64,000 nucleotides of DNA from a virus: positions 1-64,000 of the IMG/VR virus record IMGVR_UViG_3300035698_006643. One strand, written 5' to 3'. Positions 19,997 to 29,626 of the stretch are shown piece after piece (positions within the stretch are counted from its first letter, which is position 1; each line of letters begins with the position of its first letter). A program made the translations under genes and the position numbers. The notes below the pieces were generated by a model. That model worked only from the letters and a program-made list of their open reading frames with translations. It had not been told where the DNA came from and made no database searches.

Positions 19997-21826
19997 CTAC
20001 AGGACGAATTCGTCTCCAAGAATCATACTAGCGTCTTGAAGGTCTTCGAGTGGGGCTTCGGTTCCCTGGGAATCGGTGGGGATATCAATAGCTGCGGGGC
20101 GAAGGTCAAAATCATCCTTGTAAGCCGGGGCCTCTGAGGAAGCCACCCGCCGATTCAGAACCATCTTCTGGGCCTGGACCTTACCACCGAAGGCTTCATA
20201 GTCTACCGACGACACCAACTTCGTTCGGAACAAACGACAGGTACTGGCCAAACAATTCGAGCAAGTACCACAAGCGGTCTTACGGATACCCACTGGGGTA
20301 GATGCTGTCTTGACTCTACGGTCACGGTGGTACTGAACCGCCCCTTCTTTACAGTTCGGATATGCGTCCAGGTCAATGTAGTAGTACCCAGCGAGCCCCT
20401 GTTCTGCCAGGACAGGTCGTAATGCTTCTTTGGAAGCTGCGACCCGACTTCTCCCAAACTTCTTCAAGACGGCCCGCTTCAGGAGTTCCCCGTACAGACC
20501 TTCATTCATCAACTTCTTCGTGAAGGCCACGACTGGACCATGCCCCTGCTTCCGCACTTCAATCTTGTCAGCTTCCCCAGGAAGAATGAGGTCGGCGGCT
20601 GGACGATGTGATGCTTGTACCCCTTCAATAGTTGTGCGGCCCAACTGTGGGGCATTCTTCATAGCGATGCCAGCCAACTTCTTGACCCCGTGTTTTCTGA
20701 GACCAGCTTCGATTGCTTCTGGGGAGAACCCACGAGATTGCAGGTAGGAAGTGGCAATCAGACGAAGGGGAAGGCCCTGTGGGGACGCTGCCTTTCCGAC
20801 AGGACGAATGACTGGGGCGGGGGGCTTCACGTCCTGAAGGCTGGCTAGAGCGTCCTCAAACGATACATCTGAGCCAAAGTACCGTTGTACTGGTTTGCCA
20901 TCAAGCTTCGGGTCAACAGATGCGGCTCGCTGTTGGGACACAAAGTACGACTTCAAAGTTTCCTTGATGTCGCTCCCCGTCTTCAACCCAAATCGCTGGA
21001 GGAGTTCTTCGGTATAGGGGACTTCCAGAACCACTTGCTTGTAAAACTGAGCCAGAGCATCATTCGTTGCCCACTGTCTTTTTCCAGAGATTACAAACGG
21101 GGCTTTCAGAATCTGGACTTCAGCCGGCACTTTCGACCCATGGCCAAAATCTTCAGCGAAGATGTAGACAGGCCCCAGCACTCCCTGTTCGGATTCCAGC
21201 CCAGCTAGACGCTTGTGGGAAATCCGAATGACCTTCTCTTCAAGACTTCCTAAACGAAGGTCTCTGATTGCTTGTGTCGCTGCACCAGCGGCGTACTGGA
21301 ACGAAGCCCCCTTGTACATCAGGCGGCGAGTGCATTGGGTAGCGTGTTTAACAGCATTCTTCAGGGTCTCGGCCATCGCTTCATATTCTGGAACAGAGCT
21401 TGTACGTTCTGCGGCCTGCCTGTTCGGAAGTAGGTGTACCCCTGGCTCTGAATCAGAATGGTCCCACATTTCAGCCAGGTCGGGACTGATGTCCAGATTC
21501 TGTCTGGGGAGGGCTTCCATTTCACGGTCGGAAGGTGCGTTCAACCAGGACAGGTCCTGTAGCGGGGACTGTTGGAAGAAACCATCCATTGACCCCAATG
21601 GCGTGGCATTGCTGGCGTTATCCGCTGCATCCAGGATATTGATGCCCAGGTTCTCTACCAGGTTCCAGATCACGTCCGAAGCCAGGACAGCGGGCTGACC
21701 ACTTTCCCGAAGGAAAGCAAGGACGTGTGACCGGCTGAGTCCAGACCCCATCTTCAGGTCGTACATCGCCACTAACCCATTGACTGCATCCAGAACCCGG
21801 TCTACGACTATTGCGTTCTTCTTCAT
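19997..21826 (-). CDS. Large hypothetical virion/head protein with Cys cluster
   Basis: 609 aa; internally duplicated EQG[VL]xG motif; CGTC..C; many RxAS-type motifs. Confidence 0.65.
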   Translation of the reverse strand: MKKNAIVVDRVLDAVNGLVAMYDLKMGSGLSRSHVLAFLRESGQPAVLASDVIWNLVENLGINILDAADNASNATPLGSMDGFFQQSPLQDLSWLNAPSDREMEALPRQNLDISPDLAEMWDHSDSEPGVHLLPNRQAAERTSSVPEYEAMAETLKNAVKHATQCTRRLMYKGASFQYAAGAATQAIRDLRLGSLEEKVIRISHKRLAGLESEQGVLGPVYIFAEDFGHGSKVPAEVQILKAPFVISGKRQWATNDALAQFYKQVVLEVPYTEELLQRFGLKTGSDIKETLKSYFVSQQRAASVDPKLDGKPVQRYFGSDVSFEDALASLQDVKPPAPVIRPVGKAASPQGLPLRLIATSYLQSRGFSPEAIEAGLRKHGVKKLAGIAMKNAPQLGRTTIEGVQASHRPAADLILPGEADKIEVRKQGHGPVVAFTKKLMNEGLYGELLKRAVLKKFGRSRVAASKEALRPVLAEQGLAGYYYIDLDAYPNCKEGAVQYHRDRRVKTASTPVGIRKTACGTCSNCLASTCRLFRTKLVSSVDYEAFGGKVQAQKMVLNRRVASSEAPAYKDDFDLRPAAIDIPTDSQGTEAPLEDLQDASMILGDEFVL

Positions 21827-21858
21827 GACACCCCTCTTATCAATCCTACCAGAGAAAC

Positions 21859-22863
21859 TTACTGACTGGTAGTTTCTCGAAACTTCCTGGAAGCGATTCT
21901 GCTGGCGACCGTGTCCCCACTAGGGGGTACCAGCCGAAGTCTAAGTTTTCCCTTCACATACCCTACTTTCCACCCAGACCGTCTGAAAGCATCAAACACC
22001 CTGACAAACACAGATTCCATTCGGTCGGCATTCGACCGAGGAAGTGCCTTCACAGCCTTCCTGACCGAATCAACCATGCGGTCAGTCACGGGGGTGTCCC
22101 CATCAAAGTGAAGAACCTTCACCTGGAAGATTCCTTCACGGGGAGTCTCCCCCAAAGACAGGTCAAAGTATGAAGTTCCTTTACCAGACTTGTACTTCCA
22201 CCAGCTAGACCCGACGACCCGATGACTCGAAGCTTTCGTCGGTTCTGGAGGAAGGTCAGGCATTTCTGGTGGTCGGTCCTTATCTGCGTTAGCTATGGCT
22301 TCCCCGTCAGTATCGGATTCTGACTTGGCTTCGGCTTCGACATCGTCAGCAACGTCGGAATCTTCAACTACGTCGCTTACGGACTCTGGGCTGTCCATCA
22401 CCTTTTCTGCTTCTTCAATCAATGACCGGTACTTGCGTTGTTCACGGTCAGGAAGAACCTTCACTTCCTCTTCCCAATGCGGCGCCCTGATTTCGTCAAA
22501 GATAGTGTCAGTCACGTCCGACAAATTCTCCAAAGATTCAGACACACGTTTCCGCATTTCCTTGATAGACTGGATGTACCCACGCCCACCCATAAGCCCG
22601 TCGGGTGAGATAGTTGCAGACTTCAGCTTTGAGAACAACCGGTAGGCTGTATGAAGATGCCCCATCGACATTGACATTGACCATAGTGCCCCAGCCAACG
22701 GTTGTATGGCTTTGGGGTTAACCTCAAAGTTCCCCTCGAAGTTCCGCTTCAGTTGCCCTGCTTGTTCCCATTCCTTGACGAATTTGACTTCACCAGCCGT
22801 CCGGGATGTTCCACCCATCTGTTTTTGCTGGTATCGTGCAGCAATCCGTTCGTGCAACTTCAT
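21859..22863 (-). CDS. Hypothetical protein, probable internal head protein
   Basis: 334 aa; ERIAARY at the N-terminus and VASRIASRKF at the C-terminus; KSATISPDGLMGGRGYIQ core. Confidence 0.7.
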   Translation of the reverse strand: MKLHERIAARYQQKQMGGTSRTAGEVKFVKEWEQAGQLKRNFEGNFEVNPKAIQPLAGALWSMSMSMGHLHTAYRLFSKLKSATISPDGLMGGRGYIQSIKEMRKRVSESLENLSDVTDTIFDEIRAPHWEEEVKVLPDREQRKYRSLIEEAEKVMDSPESVSDVVEDSDVADDVEAEAKSESDTDGEAIANADKDRPPEMPDLPPEPTKASSHRVVGSSWWKYKSGKGTSYFDLSLGETPREGIFQVKVLHFDGDTPVTDRMVDSVRKAVKALPRSNADRMESVFVRVFDAFRRSGWKVGYVKGKLRLRLVPPSGDTVASRIASRKFRETTSQ

Positions 22864-22873
22864 CCTTCAACCT

Positions 22874-23248
22874 CTACACGTAGTTATAGACCGTAGTGCG
22901 GAACCCCAGCCTCTGTAAAAACTTCTCAACTGTTTCCTGGGCATACGTCGCTGTGTCGTCTGGGAAGAAAGCATAAACTGTACACCCAGTAGACACCACA
23001 ATTTTGCCACCTTCCGATGTGAAACTAGGTTCTGGGGAGACCACCACCCGGTCTACAGGAACCATTGACTTGATTTCCTTACACACCTTTTCGACGGCAC
23101 CTTGCAGAAAACGGCTAGTGCCAACCATGTCTTTCAGACCAGCTTCAACAAACGAAGAATCCAACCCGACTTCAACCATAGCGTTCGACACCGTAATACT
23201 AGCCCGGTTTGAACTCGCTATCCTTCGGTTGTAGTTGTATCGTTTCAT
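22874..23248 (-). CDS. Hypothetical protein
   Basis: 124 aa, N-terminal RRIASS. Confidence 0.65.
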   Translation of the reverse strand: MKRYNYNRRIASSNRASITVSNAMVEVGLDSSFVEAGLKDMVGTSRFLQGAVEKVCKEIKSMVPVDRVVVSPEPSFTSEGGKIVVSTGCTVYAFFPDDTATYAQETVEKFLQRLGFRTTVYNYV

Positions 23249-23827
23249 CTACCCGTCTACCGGGCCTTCGCCTTCAAACAGACGTTCGATGACGTACCCA
23301 GCCTCTGTAGATTTCAGACTCCAGAGGTCAGTTTCAGACTTCCGAATCAGATGGCTGTCCCCACGACGACTGAATCCAGCCGCTAAGAATTCATCAATCG
23401 TTGAAGCAACATACCGCCGTCTGGAAGCTGTCTTTGGATCCATCTTGAACAGCTTCCCAAAGTTCTTCTGGCCCCAGGAGTTGAACGCCCCTTCCATAGA
23501 AGGGGAGAGGTAAAGCGTCTTCTTGACCCGTTCCCACCCGGCTTCGTTTTTGAACTCGAATACTGCAACCCCGAAGTCAAAGAGAATCTCACTGTCAGTC
23601 ACAATCAGTTCACAAGGAAGGCCCTGGAGTTTCTTGTTCCCTTTCAAAAACTCTGAGGGGACTTTCACCCGTGACGAAGCGGTACGTTTGTCATCGAAGA
23701 AGGGGTCCACAGAAGACAATGTGGCTAGTGTCTCTACATCCATATAGGATTCTTCAGCCTCTTCAACGAAAGTTGCGTCAAAGCCTGGGCTTTCAAATTC
23801 AATACCTGCCGGGTCCCAATCTTGCAT
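23249..23827 (-). CDS. Hypothetical protein
   Basis: GGAGG RBS before ATG 23827; C-terminal LIRKSETDLWSL..IERLF. Confidence 0.65.
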   Translation of the reverse strand: MQDWDPAGIEFESPGFDATFVEEAEESYMDVETLATLSSVDPFFDDKRTASSRVKVPSEFLKGNKKLQGLPCELIVTDSEILFDFGVAVFEFKNEAGWERVKKTLYLSPSMEGAFNSWGQKNFGKLFKMDPKTASRRRYVASTIDEFLAAGFSRRGDSHLIRKSETDLWSLKSTEAGYVIERLFEGEGPVDG

Positions 23828-23842
23828 CCTGTGTCCCTCCAA

Positions 23843-24721
23843 CTAAGAAACAACCAGCGTCACTACCACTGTCTGTGGGCTATTAGACGCAGTTTCGTCA
23901 ATGATTCTAATCGTACCTGTGTAAGTTCCAGCGACAAGACCTGTCAAGTCTACAGCCACTGTGAGGTTTTCTGTTGCTGCCGATGCCAGGGGGCCACCAC
24001 TAGATGGAACCACTGATAGCCAGGTAGCGGCTACTTCGATGACCCCAGCGGTGAAGTTCAAGAGAGAATCCACCGGCCCTGTATTTTCCACAACCAATGT
24101 CTGGTCGGCTGGGTCTGCCCCCCCAACGGTACCTGTGAACGACATCGTTGCCCGGTCAGTGTCAATTTCAGCCTGGGGTAGAATGGTCACTGTAGCTACG
24201 ACAGTCTGAGGGGTGTTTGTAGCGGCGGCGTCCGTAAACGAAATCGTCGCCACGCTATCTCCGACAGGAAGCTCTGAGGTTGACACATAGACTGAGACTT
24301 CTGTTTCAGCGTTCTTCTTCTCACCACCATCGGAAGTTGGAAGTGTCTGAGCCCAATCCACGTCGGAAGTAGCGTCCCACGACAGGAGGCTCCCGAAAGC
24401 TCCTACATTCCCAACAGTAACTATCTGGGCGTCTGGCGACGGGCCTTCATATACCGCCTGGAATGTTAGCGTCGCCAAGTCCAAATCAAAAGTAGGGTCG
24501 TAGTGTGTCTTCAGTTCTGTGATAGCTGTTTGAATGTCAGTGGCCACCTGGTCGGGGTAGGAAGCGACCCGTTCGCCAAACGGGTCGGTCACATCAACGA
24601 CAGAATAGGTTGGCACTGTTGGGGACCAGTCAACCCTCACGATGAAGGTGTACTCCCCGGCAGTAGTTTCGCTTTCAAAAGTGAATTCCTGACGTGACAG
24701 TAGTTCTGAAGCTGTAGCCAT
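23843..24721 (-). CDS. Virion protein with tandem Ig-like (BACON-type) domains
   Basis: Two repeats of the type LTFxA..PxxQxxxVxNxG..W..NxPQTVxxTxTV. Confidence 0.75.
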   Translation of the reverse strand: MATASELLSRQEFTFESETTAGEYTFIVRVDWSPTVPTYSVVDVTDPFGERVASYPDQVATDIQTAITELKTHYDPTFDLDLATLTFQAVYEGPSPDAQIVTVGNVGAFGSLLSWDATSDVDWAQTLPTSDGGEKKNAETEVSVYVSTSELPVGDSVATISFTDAAATNTPQTVVATVTILPQAEIDTDRATMSFTGTVGGADPADQTLVVENTGPVDSLLNFTAGVIEVAATWLSVVPSSGGPLASAATENLTVAVDLTGLVAGTYTGTIRIIDETASNSPQTVVVTLVVS

Positions 24722-25014
24722 TATTCAATTACCTGGGCTGGGACGCCGGTATCAGTGGCGAATTTGAACAATGCAATCAGAGACCCACGGTCAGAACCTG
24801 TGAAGTGAATGCGGTCTTTCTTCAGAAGATAAACCACACTCCCAGTCCTAATCGAGTCCCCAATCCCTTCCTGATTCTGCAAAGATGCTATGAAAGCTTC
24901 CTTGTCCTGAACCTGGACAGCGACATAGAGTCCTGGGGGTTCAGCCAGTTCTTCAAGGAACTTACAGGCTACCCGTTTGGACATTGCGATTCGTCGAACG
25001 ATATTCTGGTTCAT
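24721..25014 (-). CDS. Hypothetical protein
   Basis: GGAGG RBS; RRIAMSKRVACKF motif. Confidence 0.65.
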   Translation of the reverse strand: MNQNIVRRIAMSKRVACKFLEELAEPPGLYVAVQVQDKEAFIASLQNQEGIGDSIRTGSVVYLLKKDRIHFTGSDRGSLIALFKFATDTGVPAQVIE

Positions 25015-25038
25015 CGTGAACCTCCGACACACTACGAC

Positions 25039-25056
25039 TTATAAAGGAATTACAAC
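25039..25056 (-). promoter_or_regulatory. Putative late promoter (GTTGTAATTCCTTTATAA)
   Basis: Recurring motif at the start of the structural gene block. Confidence 0.6.
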
Positions 25057-25061
25057 CTGAG

Positions 25062-25634
25062 CTAGCTGAAGGGGTGCTGAGGCTTGATTTCGTGAAGAAT
25101 GTTACAGTTGTCCTGAATGGACCGAAACGCCCGAGCATAGTCTTCATACTTGTCGTCAGCCTCCTCAACCAGGAACTCCACAGATTTCAAAAACCGGTGA
25201 CGAACCATCCCTTGAGTAAGATTCAACCGATTAGCGACCTCTGACTGACAGGTCGTCTGATACATTTCGACCAGGATGTCAATGTCGTCATCCCGCATAC
25301 CAGCTTCAGCGAGGTCTGCCCTCATTTCATCTAGTTCAAAGCTAGGAAAGGTCAACAGGAACCGTAGACGGGTCATCCCACGACGAATACGGTAGTGGAC
25401 CGCTGGCTGCTTTATCTTGAATATACGAGCAATATCCGTCTGAGTCTTGCCCTTGAAATAGGCCATCCTGATGCAATCCGCTTCAATCTTCGGGATACGG
25501 GATAGCAAGAAGTCTACCCGTTCAAGGTCAACTAAACGCTCCTTGGACATCTCTGAGAATGACGGGAGGGCGTCGTCAGTGGTGAAGATTCGTTCCATCA
25601 CAGAAGGGTCGGTAGTGACTACAAATCCTGACAT
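25062..25634 (-). CDS. Transcription factor with two tandem sigma70 region-4-like HTH domains
   Basis: GKTQTDIARIFKIKQPAVHYRIRRG and TCQSEVANRLNLTQGMVRHRF; no recognisable region 2. Confidence 0.75.
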   Translation of the reverse strand: MSGFVVTTDPSVMERIFTTDDALPSFSEMSKERLVDLERVDFLLSRIPKIEADCIRMAYFKGKTQTDIARIFKIKQPAVHYRIRRGMTRLRFLLTFPSFELDEMRADLAEAGMRDDDIDILVEMYQTTCQSEVANRLNLTQGMVRHRFLKSVEFLVEEADDKYEDYARAFRSIQDNCNILHEIKPQHPFS

Positions 25635-25654
25635 GGTTAACCTCCGTCAAGAAA

Positions 25655-25684
25655 ACTATACAAGAACCCAGGGACTAGAGTCAA
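25655..25684 (-). promoter_or_regulatory. Sigma70-type promoter
   Basis: TTGACT-18 bp-TATAGT. Confidence 0.5.
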
Positions 25685-26469
25685 ACTGGCTCTACAAACA
25701 GCTTCGGAAGGATGATTTCGGATGTCATCGTATCCAGGTGAACAATCACGCTCACGGTATCTCGAGTAAACCCAGTCACTTCCCCTTCCAGATTTCGATG
25801 GATTCCACCGAGTATGCGTACCGATTGCCCCAGTTTAAACTGAGAAAATAGCTGCTGTAGGTTCCTCCTGAACTGGTCAATCTTTGCCTGAGATAAGTAG
25901 TGAATCTGAGTCCCACCTTTTTTCGGGTGGTCACACATTAGTTCCAGGACAAATGGGCTGGCTTCCAGGTCTTTCGGATGAAACGAACGCTTCCCCATCC
26001 AGAACCTACCCTTGATCGGCCCCGAAGACCTGTTCGCTTCTTTCATCCGTCCAAGAGCCGTGTACACTACTTGCTGCTTCTGCGTATGGGTTTCTCTGGT
26101 GAGACAGTCTGGATTGATTTCCAGAATCATGTCCACTAGGTTCCGGGTAGTGAATACAACCCCAGGATTTCGCTTGAAAATCGTCAGGAGGGCTTGCTTG
26201 ATTTGGCTCCGAGGGTTCTTTACGAAAGTTGCTACAGTCCAGGGTGGGGCGGGGCTAACCTTCGGGATGATATACGAACGGACATCAACAAAGACATACC
26301 CTTCCATCATCCAGGAGATAAGCGTCTGATTATCGTAGGTTGCACTCACGGCAGGAACAAAGACATTGTCAGCACCAAATGACTTCAAACTATCAGAGAT
26401 TTCACGAAGACTAGAAACCCGTTCACCGGCTGGCGACAATTCAAGAATCACCCAAGTTCGGTCTGACAT
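25681..26469 (-). CDS. nusG: NusG-like transcription factor with internal winged-helix-like insertion
   Basis: NGN-like N-terminus (WVILEL..VFVPA..MEGYVFV) and C-terminal KOW (FKLGQSVRILGGIHRNLEGEV); about 90-aa insert. Confidence 0.75.
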   Translation of the reverse strand: MSDRTWVILELSPAGERVSSLREISDSLKSFGADNVFVPAVSATYDNQTLISWMMEGYVFVDVRSYIIPKVSPAPPWTVATFVKNPRSQIKQALLTIFKRNPGVVFTTRNLVDMILEINPDCLTRETHTQKQQVVYTALGRMKEANRSSGPIKGRFWMGKRSFHPKDLEASPFVLELMCDHPKKGGTQIHYLSQAKIDQFRRNLQQLFSQFKLGQSVRILGGIHRNLEGEVTGFTRDTVSVIVHLDTMTSEIILPKLFVEPV

Positions 26470-27793
26470 GCACCTTTTCCTCAAGGATACGGTCAAATAC
26501 TGAAGTAAACTCCCCGGTAGACAGTAGTTTTTTATCACAACTACGTGGCGGGTCAATAGGGATTATACCGTCAGGTATTCTCCTTTCAACCTTTCTAGGA
26601 GTTAATGGCTTGCGATTGACAGCCTTAGCTTCCAATGCCGCCATTCGATCGGACCGTGTCACCTGTAAGGATTCTGAAGGGGTTTCCTCTGAGGAAGCCG
26701 ATTCTGTCTTCGGTGTCTGAAGAGACGAAGCCTGGGCTACTGGATTTCCGTGATGAAGGACATGCCCTAGATACAGGAGATGCCCTTCAACAACTTCTTT
26801 AGGGAACCGACCGTATCTATTGGCCACATACGCTGCAATCGTCAACAACCGGGGACCAAGGACTGTGAAGGCATGTTGCGCCGCATCCTTGTCGTGGGAT
26901 GAAACATCTTCACCAAAATCAAACCCTAGCCTGTAGCTCATAATCGCCGCCTGGCCCAGCCGCTTCATTACGTCGTCTGGAGTCGTCTTTTCCAGCATCT
27001 TGCGAAGCAACCCTACAACTTCAACGACTGAATCGTCAGACAAGCAAACCAGGAGTTCGTAAGCAAGGCTGGATACATCTAGGTGGAGGTACTCCCTGAC
27101 TAAGGCTACGGTGATGTCCCCAATCCTGGACACCATTTCAGCTTTCTTGAAGCAGTCCCGGACATGAGACCCAGATTCCTGAACAATCAGCCGCAAAGCT
27201 TCCTCTTCAACGGAGATACCTTCAGCCTCACATATCCGCTGAAGCCGCTTAATGATGTCGTTCTCAAGAACTATCTGTACTGGGAAATCATCGCAACGGG
27301 ACCGGATGGTTGGCTGTATCTTGGAAGGTTCAGTCGTACAGAAGATGCAGACCAGCCGCCGTTCTTCAATAGGCTTTAGGAGTGCATCCTGGCTTTCCTT
27401 CGACATCCGATGGGATTCGTCAAATACCACCAGCTTCGGTCGGTCTGATACATAGTCTAGGGTCGAAATAATCGCCCGCACGTCTTCCAGCGTCCCCCTA
27501 CTGGCAGCGTCCCGTTCTTCGTAGTACGGAGACTTCCCCTCAAGAAACGACAGACAGTAGCTACACTGATTACACGGGCTCCCATCAGGCTGGATGTCCT
27601 TACAGATTGTAGCCCTGGACAGAATTCGAGCAAGGGTGGTCTTACCAGACCCTCTAGGCCCAGAGAAGATGTAGGACTGGTTCATTGCTGAACCGTCCTT
27701 CAGTCGGGTCTGAAGGACACGCTTTGTCACATCCTGTCCCAGAACATCCTCAAAGACAACCGGTCGGTATTTCAGGTCCCAGGACTCATTCAT
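26441..27793 (-). CDS. dnaX: DNA polymerase III gamma/tau clamp-loader subunit
   Basis: KYRP..GQ, GPRGSGKTT, Cys-rich Zn module, DAAS, DESH, SRC. Confidence 0.92.
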   Translation of the reverse strand: MNESWDLKYRPVVFEDVLGQDVTKRVLQTRLKDGSAMNQSYIFSGPRGSGKTTLARILSRATICKDIQPDGSPCNQCSYCLSFLEGKSPYYEERDAASRGTLEDVRAIISTLDYVSDRPKLVVFDESHRMSKESQDALLKPIEERRLVCIFCTTEPSKIQPTIRSRCDDFPVQIVLENDIIKRLQRICEAEGISVEEEALRLIVQESGSHVRDCFKKAEMVSRIGDITVALVREYLHLDVSSLAYELLVCLSDDSVVEVVGLLRKMLEKTTPDDVMKRLGQAAIMSYRLGFDFGEDVSSHDKDAAQHAFTVLGPRLLTIAAYVANRYGRFPKEVVEGHLLYLGHVLHHGNPVAQASSLQTPKTESASSEETPSESLQVTRSDRMAALEAKAVNRKPLTPRKVERRIPDGIIPIDPPRSCDKKLLSTGEFTSVFDRILEEKVHVRPNLGDS

Positions 27794-28298
27794 GCGTTTC
27801 AATCCAGTGGCGAGCATCCAAAAGGTACTTATTGAACTGGTCCGGTTGCAGCCGGATGTCTAGGTACTTCCCATACAAGTCGAAGACCAGTTCCTCAAGC
27901 GACGTCAGAAGATAGAACCGTTCCATCACCTTTTCAAAGAGAGTCTCACTCAGCAGGTCTGGGAGTTTAATCCCACCCATTTCAAATTTTGGGCCGTTGA
28001 AGTCGAGGTCCCAGGTCTTGCCATCATACATGACAGACATCTTGGCCTGTTCAAGCATCTTGCCTGAACGGAGGGCTTCAAACATCTCAGTACTGTCGAA
28101 GGGTGACCCACCACGAAAGGACACCTGAACCTCCGTGTCAAGCATAGACCGGAGACGCATCGTATCGTCGAACCAGACTTCCATTTTCTTGGTCTTCCCT
28201 TCCACAACACCATCGTTGGTCACCGACTGGTAAAGTAGCCAGGTGAGGAATTCAATCCCAAGACCCCGTGTGCGGTCAATTTTTGCTGCGAGTTCCAT
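27786..28298 (-). CDS. RdgC-related protein (partner of the adjacent RdgC-like gene)
   Basis: LGIEFLTWLLY..EALRSGK..ERFYL pattern, seen next to RdgC-like genes in deltaproteobacteria. Confidence 0.65.
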   Translation of the reverse strand: MELAAKIDRTRGLGIEFLTWLLYQSVTNDGVVEGKTKKMEVWFDDTMRLRSMLDTEVQVSFRGGSPFDSTEMFEALRSGKMLEQAKMSVMYDGKTWDLDFNGPKFEMGGIKLPDLLSETLFEKVMERFYLLTSLEELVFDLYGKYLDIRLQPDQFNKYLLDARHWIETHE

Positions 28299-28308
28299 TG
28301 GTATCCCC

Positions 28309-28917
28309 CTATTCGGCCATTAGCGGTTCTGTAGACAGGTCCGTCAAATTCTCTGCATCAGTCGGGTTCATGAAGAGCCGTGCCACCGTAAAGGGGGAAT
28401 CCGGCACCAGGATCGAACTGAAGGTTTCGTTGAAGAGGTCTTCAAAGACCTGGACAACCGCCGTAGACTTCCCAAAGAACCATACCCGTTTGTTCTTCAG
28501 GTCTACAGTGACTTCGTAGAGCTTGATTGTCGGGAAGACTTTCAGCCGCATTTCAGCGACAATGTCTTCCTTGAGTTCTTCTTGTTCCTTGCGTGGCATC
28601 TTGTCACGCCCGTCTTCCAGAAGACGACTCCGGACACGTTCATTCAGTCGGAACTTCACTTGTGCCGATGGGACGTTGATTTTGTCTTCACGCAACGCAA
28701 AGGACAACAGATGCTCCCCGAAGTAGACCGTCGTAGGTTTCAGGTCTGTGTTGTCGTGTTCTGTTGCCTGGACCCATCCGTATGACACTATCCGGTCTGA
28801 ATCCTTCGGAATAGGGTGGAAGACCCGCCGCTGCAATTCAGGAATAAATAGGTCAGGATTGAAATCCCCATACAGGATGTAGCTGGTTGGGGCCATCGCC
28901 CCAGTAAACGCACCCAT
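28309..28917 (-). CDS. rdgC: RdgC-like recombination-associated protein
   Basis: SYGWV..FALREDKINVP..KEELKE..FEDLFNETF; GAGGAGG RBS before ATG 28917. Confidence 0.75.
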   Translation of the reverse strand: MGAFTGAMAPTSYILYGDFNPDLFIPELQRRVFHPIPKDSDRIVSYGWVQATEHDNTDLKPTTVYFGEHLLSFALREDKINVPSAQVKFRLNERVRSRLLEDGRDKMPRKEQEELKEDIVAEMRLKVFPTIKLYEVTVDLKNKRVWFFGKSTAVVQVFEDLFNETFSSILVPDSPFTVARLFMNPTDAENLTDLSTEPLMAE

Positions 28918-28927
28918 TAAAGCCTCC

Positions 28928-29626
28928 TCATATTGCGACCCCCAAACGACCAGCTTCCCTCTGAAAATGGCGTTTGAAGTCCATTTCTCCACGGTCTGCC
29001 CAGAATTCCCCAGGGTCTTTGCCTGGATACTGGGCTACCCTTACATCAAAATCAGGTCCGAAACGCTTCTTAGCTATCTCGACACCTTTCTTACCAGCTT
29101 CGTCCTGGTCTATGGCCAATACTACAACATCTGCGTACCGCTTCACGAATTGGATCTGTTTCCACCCAGGAGAATCAAACGTGATTGCCACAGTGTTGGG
29201 GATTACCCGCTGAAGTGGAAACCAATCGAACACTCCTTCGACAAGCCAAACGACCTTTGTGTCCCAGATAGACTGGATTGCCAGCGGTAATCCAAACAAG
29301 AACGCAGTTGATGTGGCGTGGCTCATTGTAAACTTGGAATAGTTCTTTTCGATGTGGTCACCGGTCAAGACACCGACGACATCACCTGCCTGGTCTGTCA
29401 ATGGGTATGAAATGTGGTCCCTTATCCGCTTGAGGCCCCATGACCACTTCTTGAAAGCTACCTGGTCCGGATCATTCGTTGGGGTGAATGCCCCAAAGAC
29501 AGACCCTAAAGACAACCCATCAATCTGGTCTTCGGAAGCTCCCCGTCCGCACAAGTACTCGAAGTGCTCAAGGTCTAGTCGGAGCGAGAACCGGCGAACC
29601 AGGTCAGCTAGAAATCTTCCCTGCAA
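28928..29626 (-). CDS. DNA primase catalytic (TOPRIM) domain
   Basis: EYLCGRG, LFGL, LVEGVFD, DQDEAGKKG, KDPGE; no N-terminal Zn finger; start uncertain (TTG 29626). Confidence 0.8.
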   Translation of the reverse strand: MQGRFLADLVRRFSLRLDLEHFEYLCGRGASEDQIDGLSLGSVFGAFTPTNDPDQVAFKKWSWGLKRIRDHISYPLTDQAGDVVGVLTGDHIEKNYSKFTMSHATSTAFLFGLPLAIQSIWDTKVVWLVEGVFDWFPLQRVIPNTVAITFDSPGWKQIQFVKRYADVVVLAIDQDEAGKKGVEIAKKRFGPDFDVRVAQYPGKDPGEFWADRGEMDFKRHFQREAGRLGVAI

